Shown one piece after another: positions 27,101-36,919 of a stretch of DNA of 64,000 nt. Every line of letters starts with the position of its first letter. The first letter of the stretch is position 1. Origin of the DNA: Malacoraja senta (Eukaryota). The stretch lies in contig CM075994.1 of assembly GCA_038087875.1 (NCBI GenBank), positions 2,730,001-2,794,000 on the forward strand, read 5' to 3'. A program made the translations under genes and the position numbers. The notes beneath the pieces were generated by a model, which was given only the letters and a program-made list of their open reading frames with translations, made no database searches and was not told where the DNA came from.

Positions 27101-29828
27101 TTTACGAAGTTGACGCGCTAATAGTTTTTGTGGTTTATCTCCAAATTCAAAATGTAATTGTTTTGTACGTTGATATCGTTTTATTACTTGGTCTGAGTAT
27201 ATCTTGTTTAACTTATATTTCAGTACTGCAATTTTATTGTGTTTTACCATAGATGGTGCTATTGCATTTTCTATGTCTAATTGCCTTATTTCTGTTTCCA
27301 AAGACTGTTGTTTGGCCCTATTCTCTTTGTTAATAAATGATTGGGAGGAGATTAATGCTCCTCGCACAAATGCTTTAAATGTTTCCCAAAGAAGGGAGGC
27401 GGAGATTCCAGGGCTGTCATTAGCCTCGAAAAACATATTAATCTGTTTTACGAGGTATTCATTACATAGCTTTTCTTTCAAGATTTGGGGGTTAAGTCTC
27501 CATTGTGTCTTTGTCTCGGTCATTCCATTTAGTTTAATCATAAATGTTAGTGGAGCATGGTCTGATATTATAATATTATGATATTGCGAATTATAGGTAA
27601 ATGGGATAAGTTTAGAGTCTACTAAGAAATAGTCTATCCTTGAGTAAGTTTTATGCACGGGTGAGTAGAATGAGTATTTTCGACCAGATGGGTTTTCAAT
27701 TCTCCAAACATCCTTAATGTTGGTAGTATTAATATATGAATTTAGGAATTCACTTGACTGAGATTTTAATTTTCTTTGACTTGATGATCTATCCAAGTAA
27801 GCATCCAGTGTACAATTTAAGTCTCCACCGATAATTAAATTATGTTGTGTACATTCCGGGATAATGTTAAGTATTCTCTTAAAGAACAGGGGGCTATCAA
27901 AATTTGGTCCATACACATTAAGGAGAGTCACTTTTTTTGAGTATAACTCCCCTACTAATACAATATATCTGCCTTCAATATCTTCTGTCGTTGATATATG
28001 TTTAAAGGGTATACCTTTACGAATTAATATTGCAACCCCTCTAGATTTATGTGAAAATGAAGAATGATACGTTTTAGCAATCCATTTGGCTTTCAATCTA
28101 TGTTGTGCTTCCTTTTTAAGATGTGTTTCCTGGAGAAATATTACATCTGCTTTAAGTGATTTTAAATAGGCTAATACTTTACCTCTCTTGATTGGTTCAT
28201 TAATTCCCTTAACATTCCAGCTACAGTATTTAATTCCTTCACCCCTAATTTTCATATTAACGTCTTGCATCTTGTGATTAAAGTGGTCTATGTTGGAGCA
28301 GATGGCTCAGCGCACTAAACCCTACCTTATACTTGAACCTCAGGTAGATGAATTCTAAGTCTCGTCGGTTTTTCATCCGGACATATCTCCCTAAATAAAA
28401 CATATAATTCCATTCCAAATACAAAATATAATATAACATAAGATAGAAAAGGTAATAAAATGTTGTATTAGTAACGTGTAAAAAATAGAAAAAGAAGAAA
28501 ACTACAACTATGATTAGTGCAGTTAGTGATAGCCACCCTAGTGTGGCTAAACATCTAAAGACTTCCGTAGCTTTTGTTAAAAAAAAAAATATTACTAGCT
28601 CCGTACTTTCCTTAAAAGAAAAGTTTCAATTACAATGAAAACAATTTATGGGATGGAGGGAAACAATAGTTTTATTCCATAATTGAAGTATTTGTTAGTC
28701 TCCAATTAAAATGTTAGTATCATATAGCAAGCTATCCCTTTTCAACCCTGGCCAAAAAAAATTCCGTAAGATACGGTCATACGTCTTATTGACCCCCAAA
28801 TGTCCTCCCAGAGGACTATCATGAGCCAAACCGAGTATCTCGTCCCTATACCGACGAGGTATCACAATCTGATCAATCATGCTCCAATCATCATGCCCAG
28901 ATATATCTAAGAGAGACCACTTTCGCATTAGTAAGCCCTCCCTTAGAAAAAAACCCTTTGCTGTGGAATCCATATCCCCCTCAGGCACCGCGCAGTCGAA
29001 CAGCTCAGATATACCTGGATCACTCTTTTGCTCCTCAACCAGCCGGTCACGTGACAGCGACACCGGCACATTACCAGACAGTATCCCATCTTGAGATGTA
29101 GAAACACCCTTCACAACACAGGATCCATCATCCTGATCCCCAAAAATGCTCTCACTCAGGTCCACTACATCCTCAAACTTCGCCTGGCTCTTAGCCATAG
29201 TCCTTGTGACAGCACAAGCTGCGAAGACCCTCGGACGCTGCATAGCCAATCTATCAGGACTCTGCACCATTGGAACAGCTGTCACCTCAGAAGTAACCAA
29301 AACTCCATCTCCTGCCAAGTCATTCCCCAAAATTACTGAAACTCCCTCAACGGGAAAACACGGCCATAACCCAACAGTTACCCGGCCTGAAACCAACTCG
29401 GACTCGAGACTCACGGTATGCAAAGGCACTACCATGTCATCCATCCCGAATCCTACCACAGGGACACTTGACCCAACCGATGATTCACCAGAAAACAGCA
29501 GTACACTCTCCAATATAAAAGACTGAGTAGCACCAGTATCACGCAAGATGGATACTGGAACTCTCTGACCCCCATCCTCCAGAGAAACAAACCCATTATT
29601 GATGAACGCAGAAAAATCCCCACATTCCTCAGACTCAGGCACTTCAGGTACCGCAGGTGCCTTCTGTGTACCCACCAAAACCACAGTCTTTGCATTTCTC
29701 TGCTTCAGAACGGGACACGCCTTTAAAATGTGCCCTTTCCCTTTACAATAGAAGCACACAGTACCTTCGTTAGTCCTCCAATTTGCGTCAACCTTATCAG
29801 CTTGTGAATGGAAATCCTGAATCAACGC
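21171..29828 (-). mobile_element. Gmr1-like Gypsy LTR retrotransposon, degenerate; interrupted by L1 (24144-28733) and cut in gag by the ERV
   Basis: Domain order: zinc knuckle CFYCKGKGHILKAC, protease LRDTGA, integrase (GHLG...CHIC, LVDCVG, SDQG, HPESQGALE), RT (DFRKVN, FGMRNAPATF, YLDD), RNase H (DAS, EKEAL, TDH, LADALSR). PPT GGGTGGGGG then TGTTAG at 21602 starts the 3' LTR; the LTR's lower boundary is uncertain. Confidence 0.9.
24144..28733 (-). mobile_element. 5'-truncated L1-clade LINE with near-intact ORF2 (28270..24482, one internal stop at 25514-25516)
   Basis: APE (SWNVKG, LQETH, GGDLN, SRIDY, SDH), RT (LDAEKAFD, RQGCSLSP, YADD) and C-terminal CxxC..H...C. The two ORF-track pieces are in the same frame. 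TSD ATCCCTTTTC at 24134-24143 and 28734-28743; removing the element restores Gypsy FWPGLKRD|VKQQC. Confidence 0.95.
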
Positions 29829-30373
29829 TGTAAGATTGTTCTGTAAAGGTAAAATGGTTGGCCAGGTAGACTGGATTAAAACATTAAAATGTCTGCTGAC
29901 CAAAGTTGCTGAGTATGTAGCTGCAGGGGTCAGGAAGTTGTGGACAGGAGGAATTCACATTGTCCTGCTGTTACTGCATAGTTGCAACTATGGTATTAAC
30001 TGTACCCGTCTGACTGAGATAGCTGGCTCTCAGAAGTCTAAGGAATATACAAACCGTGGCTCCCAGAAGTCTGAGGAATGTACCTTACTGATCTCTAGTA
30101 TTGTTCCACTAAATAACACCTCCCAATATGTACTTGCCTGAGATCTTGACCAGTACTTTCATGTCTGTTGCTTTGTATCAGTAATATGGGAGGCATAACC
30201 TGTAGCCTTTAAGTATATAAGGCATTACAAATTAAGGCATTGAGCTTGACTCTTTGCTAGGTTGTTAACCTGTGTGAAGACTCAGTGCTGATTAAACGTA
30301 CGTTTAAAGCAACCCCGGTGTCCGGTCGATTATTGTCGAAACAACCGATGTGAGAGAAAGACGTGAATCAACA
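29829..30373 (+). repeat. ERV 5' LTR (about 545 bp; left edge inferred)
   Basis: Begins TGTAAG where Gypsy coding similarity appears to stop and ends ...AACA two nt before the PBS. TATATAA at 30214-30220, ATTAAA at 30291-30296, direct repeat CAGAAGTCTRAGGAAT twice in U3. No 3' LTR is available to confirm the start. Confidence 0.75.
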
Positions 30374-30375
30374 TT

Positions 30376-30393
30376 TGGTGTCAGGAGTGGGAT
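30376..30393 (+). promoter_or_regulatory. Primer-binding site for tRNA-Leu(CAG)
   Basis: TGGTGTCAGGAGTGGGAT is the 18-nt complement of the 3' end (ATCCCACTCCTGACACCA) of vertebrate tRNA-Leu(CAG) as I recall it. Confidence 0.9.
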
Positions 30394-30465
30394 GTCAACC
30401 AGCAGCTGATCGAGCCGGCGAGTGAATCCACTGGGCGACGGGATCGATGTGAAGGGTGCGCAGCC

Positions 30466-30473
30466 AAGTGAGT
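30466..30473 (+). promoter_or_regulatory. Putative ERV major splice donor
   Basis: AA|GTGAGT about 75 nt after the PBS and upstream of gag, the typical position. Confidence 0.65.
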
Positions 30474-30610
30474 AGATTTAGTTAAATCACCTCTTGGTCC
30501 TTCCTCGTATCCCGGCGTAGCAGGGTAATTCGCTGGCTTGCGTCAGTCGGTGGGACGACATCCGAACTTTCCGGTTGTGGGCACGGGGATAGGATGGGAA
30601 TGTAATGGTT

Positions 30611-31634
30611 ATTGAATCGTCATTTTGACAAGTATTGAGACGTTAACCGAGACCAAGGTACCCCCGTATCTCACAGAAAGTCCGCCTTAGACTGGTTGTT
30701 AAGAGAGGAAATCCTCCACGCGAAGGTCAGGAATTAAAGTGACCGAGTGAGATACGGCTGAACCAAGGACTCACGGTTAACCCTGAACTATTGGTGTGTA
30801 ATAAAATAAGTATATATTGAATCGTCATTTTGACAAGTATTGAGACGTTAACCGAGACCAAGGTACCCCCGTATCTCACAGAAAGTCCGCCTTAGACTGG
30901 TTGTTAAGAGAGGAAATCCTCCACGCGAAGGTCAGGAATTAAAGTGACCGAGTGAGATACGGCTGAACCAAGGACTCACGGTTAACCCTGAACTATTGGT
31001 GTGTAATAAAATAAGTATATATTGAATCGTCATTTTGACAAGTATTGAGACGTTAACCGAGACCAAGGTACCCCCGTATCTCACAGAAAGTCCGCCTTAG
31101 ACTGGTTGTTAAGAGAGGAAATCCTCCACGCGAAGGTCAGGAATTAAAGTGACCGAGTGAGATACGGCTGAACCAAGGACTCACGGTTAACCCTGAACTA
31201 TTGGTGTGTAATAAAATAAGTATATATTGAATCGTCATTTTGACAAGTATTGAGACGTTAATCGAGACCAAGGTACCCCCGTATCTCACAGAAAGTCCGC
31301 CTTAGACTGGTTGTTAAGAGAGGAAATCCTCCACGCGAAGGTCAGGAATTAAAGTGACCGAGTGAGATACGGCTGAACCAAGGACTCACGGTTAACCCTG
31401 AACTATTGGTGTGTAATAAAATAAGTATATATTGAATCGTCATTTTGACAAGTATTGAGACGTTAACCGAGACCAAAGTACCCCCGTATCTCACAGAAAG
31501 TCCGCCTTAGACTGGTTGTTAAGAGAGGAAATCCTCCACGCGAAGGTCAGGAATTAAAGTGACCGAGTGAGATACGGCTGAACCAAGGACTCACGGTTAA
31601 CCCTGAACTATTGGTGTGTAATAATATAAGTATT
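30611..31634 (+). repeat. Five tandem 205-bp direct repeats in the ERV leader
   Basis: Units start at 30611, 30816, 31021, 31226 and 31431. They are nearly identical (differences seen at 31262, 31477, 31625). The array ends about 4 nt before the gag ATG. Confidence 0.97.
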
Positions 31635-31638
31635 AAAA

Positions 31639-32538
31639 ATGGGTAATGGTATGGACACCAGTTGTCACCCGGACCGGCCATTACATCAGCTATGTTTCTT
31701 GCATCCAGAAATGGAGGAGACCTTCAGGCGTATGTCGGGAGGACTCATTCATAAACTGGGGAAGGATGAATGGCCTGAAGGGGGTTCCAAGGATATGGGT
31801 GTGTTATCAAGTGCCCAGAGTGTAATATGGAAAAAGGATAAAAAAAGAAATTATAAAAAGGCCATTCAGTTGTGGATCGATCATTGTAACGGAGAAAAGG
31901 CACGGTCTTTAACGGCCAGTTGGCAGAGTAATGCCTTGAAACTAGGAATACCCCTGACCGAGGGAGGTCAGGAGAAGTCAGTGACTGTATTAAAACAGGA
32001 ATGTAGGCATGCTAAGGAAAGTAAGGATCATCAGGAGAGAGAGAGACAAAATAAGGCCGAGGTAGATAAAGACTTACGTAAGTCGGTGGCTGGCATAGAT
32101 TTGGGAGGTGACGACAAGGAGGAGGTAGAGGATTATCATTGGGGAGTCCGTGGAGCACCCCCGCTGAATCAGTCTGCCCCCGTTGCCAGTCCCTCTGCCC
32201 CCGTTGCCAGTCCCCTGTCCGCTCCTCCAATTCCAGCTACCCGATCCAAGATTAAAACTCGCCCTTCACAAATACCAGTTTCCAAATCTCCCGTACCCTC
32301 GCTGAACCCCAGAAGACGGTCCCATTCAGGGGGGACCACAGGGAAGACAGTTGCCCCTAGTGCCCCTCCAGCAGACCGACCTCCTCCGTATTCTCCTGCT
32401 GCCCTACAATCTACCGACTCCGTGGGAGGCAGAACTAAGCTGAACCCCCGGACCAAAACCAGAAAGAATATGGCACAGCGGCGAACTCAATCCCTTCCCT
32501 ACAGTATACATGGACCAGATTGCCACAGGGCTTTGTAA
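31639..32538 (+). pseudogene. gag: Truncated retroviral gag (matrix + proline-rich late-domain region only)
   Basis: Starts MG (myristoylation Gly2). PSAP at 32191 and 32356, PPPY at 32380. No capsid MHR or zinc knuckle; runs out of frame into RT sequence at ~32500. Confidence 0.85.
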
Positions 32539-35237
32539 ACTCGCCGACCCTATTTTCTCGTTGTCTGCAACAGCAATTACAAAACCTGCAGTTACCTGAG
32601 GGGTCTGCATTGATCCAGTACATCGATGAACTTTTAGTGGCCAGTGAAACGGAGGAGCAGAATAGGGAAGCTATAATTTTGTTGTTGAACTTTGTAAAGG
32701 CATTGGGGAACGTTGTGTCCCCCTCCAAAGTACATGTCGGACAAAAGGAGGTGAAATTCCTCGGAGTCATAATCTCAGCAGATGGCCGTCGGTTGGACGA
32801 GAGCCGCACGGACCCCATTTACAGGACACCACCCCCCACGACAGCCAGGGGAATGCGACAGTGGTTGGGAATGATCAACTACTGCCGTCAGTGGATTCCA
32901 AATGTGGCCCTGGACATAAAGCACCTGACCCCTTACACCAGCCAGGAAGGTACCTTTGTATTGTCAGATGAAGCCTTGACCGCCTTCAATAATCTACGAG
33001 AGGCCCTGCAGAAGGCTCCTGCGCCGGGGCGACCCCTGTATGATAGACCTTTTCAGCTCTATTGTACCATCCTGGGCGAATGTGCCACTGCGGTTTTGAC
33101 CCAGCTGCATGGGGATAAGCACCGACCAGTGGCGTATTATTCATCCAAGTTAGACCCTGTGGCACTGGGGTATCCCCATTGTACACAAATTTTGACAGCG
33201 GTATACAATAGTCTTCAGTCGGCCGCCAACCTGACTCTCCAGCAGGACATTACCGTATATTCCTCCCACTCCGTGACCGCCCTACTGGGACAGCTCCAGA
33301 CCCAGCATTTGACTTCAGCCAGACAAAATAGGTATGAGATCTACCTGTTGAATAATCCCAAGCTACAGTTCCGGCACTGCACCACTATCAACCCTGCTGC
33401 GTTTCTCTGCTCTCCTCCTGATCCCCTCGCTCCATGCGACCATAATTGCTTGGAGGCTATTCTCGCGGATACCAGTCCGCGCCCTGACCTTAGCGATCAA
33501 CCTCTAGCCTCCCCAGATTTGATCCTCTATACCGATGGAAGTTCGTCCATCGACGAGCAGGGACGCCGTCTGTCAGGCTTTGCGGTAGTTAAACAAGATG
33601 GAACCTTGCTGGATTGTGGCAGTTTTGACCCACCGATTTCAGCTCAGCAGGCCGAGTTGTTTGCCCTCACCCGAGCCTGTGTCCTCGCCGAGGGGCTCTC
33701 CGTCAATATTTACACCGACTCCCGATACGCATTCGGAGTCGTTCACGATTTCGGACAGTTATGGAAAAATAGGGGATTCCTCACCTCGACGGGCCATAAG
33801 ATTGCCAATCAGATCCTGGTCTCTGACCTGTTGAATGCTATCCTTCTGCCCTCTGCGGTAGCCGTAATCAAATGTGCGGCCCACACGACAGGAGATTCCC
33901 TGGTCCAAATCGGTAACAGGTTGGCTGACGAAGCGGCTAAGTGTGCTTCACGTGGTAGATTTAAAGTGGTGGGTAGTATGATGAGGCAGGTGAAAAGCCT
34001 TTATATGGGCTCGTCTGAATCTGAGAAACCTATGCCAACCATGAATGATGTATTGCACTTACAGGGGGACGCCTCTGTCGATGTTATAATGGAATGGGAG
34101 CAGCTGGGCTGTCGGAAGGCTGACTCCGGACTGTGGCTCACGCCGGCCGGACAGACCTGTATGACAGACCAGTTAGCGACCTGGGTTGTTGATTGCCTAC
34201 ATCTAGCCACTCACTGTGGGGCCACCTTGCTAGTAGACGCTCTCTTACAGGCATGGTGGCATCCTCGACTTAAGGTTTTGGCAGCCCAAACTAGTGCACG
34301 GTGCCTCACCTGTGCTACACACAACCCTGGTAAAGGAGTTGTCTGCCAGACGGGTCGTACTCCATTACCTACTGCTCCGTTTGAAACCTTACAGATGGAT
34401 TTTATTGATTTGCCTAAGTGTCAGTGTTATAAACATGTGCTTGTTATTGTTGATGTGTTTTCTAGGTGGATTGAAGCCTTTCCAACCACTGATTGCACTG
34501 CTTCTACGGTGGTGTCTATTTTATTACGGCAGTTTGTTCCTCGCTTTGGGGTTCCAAACACCATCAGTTCGGATAACGGCCCTCACTTTATTGCCGCTAT
34601 CAATAAAGAATTGTACCGACAGCTGGGTGTAACCCAGTGGCTACATTGTGCTTATCGCCCACAGGCTGCAGGAATGGTGGAACGCTTGAACCAGACCCTG
34701 AAGACCAAGCTTGCCAAGCTGGTGGACCAATCGGGCTCCACCTGGGTTAAAATGTTACCTGTTGCCTTGTTTCAGATCAGAGTCCTTCCAGCAGGGAAGA
34801 CAAGGTTGTCTCCTGCAGAGATCATCTATGGCCGACCCCTGCGCACCCCCTGGACAGACATTATCCCAGCCACAACGACATTGCATCATATGACGGAGGA
34901 GATGGTCTCTTACGTCCTTGCCCTTACAAGGGCCCTGCATGAGATTCATGGGGAGGTCAAGGCTGCTTATGTGGGCGACATAGATTTTCCCGTTGATGGA
35001 CGGATCACCCCAGGTTCTTATGTGTTGATTAAAAATTGGGTTCGTAAGGACACCCTTTCTCCTCGATGGTTGGGCCCCTTCCAGGTTCTCCTCACCACCT
35101 CCACCGCGGTAAAGGTAGAAGGACGATCGGCATGGGTGCATTTGCACCATTGTAAAGTGGTTGGTGACACCAAGCAAAGGGGGGAGGTCGAGGTCAGAGA
35201 GGGGGATCCGGTCCACGAAAAGCAGGGTACGAATTAA
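32502..35237 (+). pseudogene. pol: Retroviral pol lacking protease and N-terminal RT; RT C-half, tether, RNase H and integrase in one open frame
   Basis: QYTWTRLPQGF, YIDE (YxDD altered), LYTDGSS, SAQQAEL, IYTDSRYAFG, HLATH...CLTC, LQMDF/SDNG/GMVER (DDE), RWLGPF. Confidence 0.93.
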
Positions 35238-35256
35238 TTTTGCTTTGGAATTGCAC

Positions 35257-35289
35257 GTTCCTTTCTTTTTCCCTCCCTTGTGTTCGCAG
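35257..35289 (+). promoter_or_regulatory. Putative env splice acceptor
   Basis: Long polypyrimidine tract ending GCAG at 35289, between the pol stop (35237) and the env ATG (35310). Confidence 0.75.
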
Positions 35290-35309
35290 ATACGAAATAA
35301 ATCGCTAAG

Positions 35310-36919
35310 ATGAGGGTCTCCGTGGCATTAATATGTGTGGCGACCACAGCAGGGTTAATCGGTTTCGGTTGGAAATGGACAAAGCCTGAATACGGACGGA
35401 ACAAACGAGGAAAGAGAGGGGAACGAGAAAACTCCAATTTATTCATCCAGGCACACAACGAGTTATTCGGGAAGGGGCAGGTGGTTTGTTATCCACGAAT
35501 GACATCAGTTACCTCCCTGTTTACCCCATCCCCGGCATGGGGCAGAACTGAACAACTGGTCAAGTGCCAGGACAAAGAAATGGTCCCTGTCAAGCCCGTT
35601 ATCATCAGCTATGATAGGCTTCTCGCTCCACCGGCCAACTGCTTACCGCTCCCTAAGAACAACAACCACTCCTACGACATTTGCTATAATGGATCTAGGA
35701 CAGCGTCAAGAGCACCGGCTAGGCCATGTAACTTCACCACCAATAACGACAACAGGCAATATGAAAATTGTTTTAGTAACCAAGGACACGGGTGTATAGT
35801 CATAAATGTTAAAAATAACCTCACTTGCGCTCTGCAAGGGCCCGTTCACGGCTCCGCATGTAACCTTACCTATAAAGGAGTCCAATGTAAGGTGTCTAAG
35901 GATTGTATCCCTGTAAATGCTGGATTTCAGCTGTTGTGTGGATGGGCTAACGGGACCCATCTGACGGTAGGATCCCATCACCTGCCAATCCCCAGTTATA
36001 GCAATGGGATCAGTGAAGCGTGGAGGGACTGGTCTGGAGGGGGAGAAGTCATTAATACCCGAAGGGGCTGTAATGGATCATTATATACGGAGGAAGGATA
36101 TTACTTCTTCTTTAATGGGAAAGGAACCAATGTCCTAAAACCCCCTTTCCCCAAGAACGTGGCAGTTGGAGCATTGGTGCCAACCACGGTACCTTGTCCC
36201 GAGCAATGGACTAAACCCATGGCTCGGGTTCATCGAAGGGCGGTGTCGGCCGAGTTTTGCGCGCAATGGAGAAATCCAGGGGTCAGGGGAGCTACCCACG
36301 GACATGCCATCGGATGGGGATTATTAAGCTTGCTAACCCTGGGAGGAGTGGGTGGAGGTGAAGCAGCCAAAAACCGAAATTACCTTGTTTGTGGCCTGAC
36401 AATTTTGGGCAATGCAACAACTGGAGCCTTGGAGGCAGTAAAAACCCAGATGGCCGAAATGAGGATGTTTTCCCTACAAAATAGATATGCGCTCGATTAC
36501 ATATTGGCTAGAGAAGGGGGGACCTGTACCGTCATAAAAGGGAAATGTATGATGGGGGTTCAAGACAGGACTAGCAACATCACCCATCACCAGAAAGAGA
36601 TTACCACCTTTTTGGATGGAATAAATGAAAACCAGGGATGGGGGAATTGGGGATTTGGGGGATTATACAACTGGATTATCAGCATGGCCATCTATGCTGC
36701 TATAGTAATTACTTGTTTATTTGTGGGGATTGCCATTGTGAAATGTATCATAACCCGATTACTGGCGGCTTTTTCAGGTTTGGGGACCACCCCCGAGGAA
36801 ACTAAACAGTCTGTACGAATGATGATCTTACAGCGTGAGCAGGAGAGACTGTTACCATTCCCCAATGACAGCGAAAACGATGAAGTGAGTGAGGAAGGAG
36901 AATTGGGGGACCAGGGTCG
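35310..36919 (+). CDS. env: Retroviral envelope glycoprotein, open for about 536 codons up to the gap; TM subunit filovirus-GP2-like
   Basis: Hydrophobic N-terminus, Cys/N-glycan-rich SU, basic site RVHRR (36225-36239), immunosuppressive domain LQNRYALDYILAREGGTC, CX6C, membrane anchor (~36672-36750) and cytoplasmic tail. The stop codon is not sequenced. Confidence 0.93.

Larger units (their letters stand above)
29829..36919 (+). mobile_element. Endogenous retrovirus (class I, epsilon/gamma-like pol), internally deleted; 3' end lost in the assembly gap
   Basis: LTR, PBS, leader, gag, pol and env in the canonical order; see sub-features. Confidence 0.95.

Noticed and set aside
30611..31634. 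CRISPR-like array or known self-cleaving ribozyme
   Set aside because: The units are contiguous with no unique spacers and the context is eukaryotic. I could not find a hammerhead core (CUGANGA...GAAA) or another ribozyme consensus by eye.
32356..32391. PSAP + PPPY as a further link to filovirus VP40
   Set aside because: Both late-domain motifs are common in retroviral Gag and carry no phylogenetic signal.
32436..32538. Programmed -1 frameshift joining gag and pol
   Set aside because: No X XXY YYZ slippery site in the overlap. It is better explained as a deletion junction, since CA, NC and PR are missing.
35310..36919. Endogenous filovirus element
   Set aside because: The gene sits at the env position of a provirus with its own splice acceptor. 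No NP, VP35 or L sequence is present and I see no GP1 sequence match, so it is a retroviral env with a GP2-like TM.
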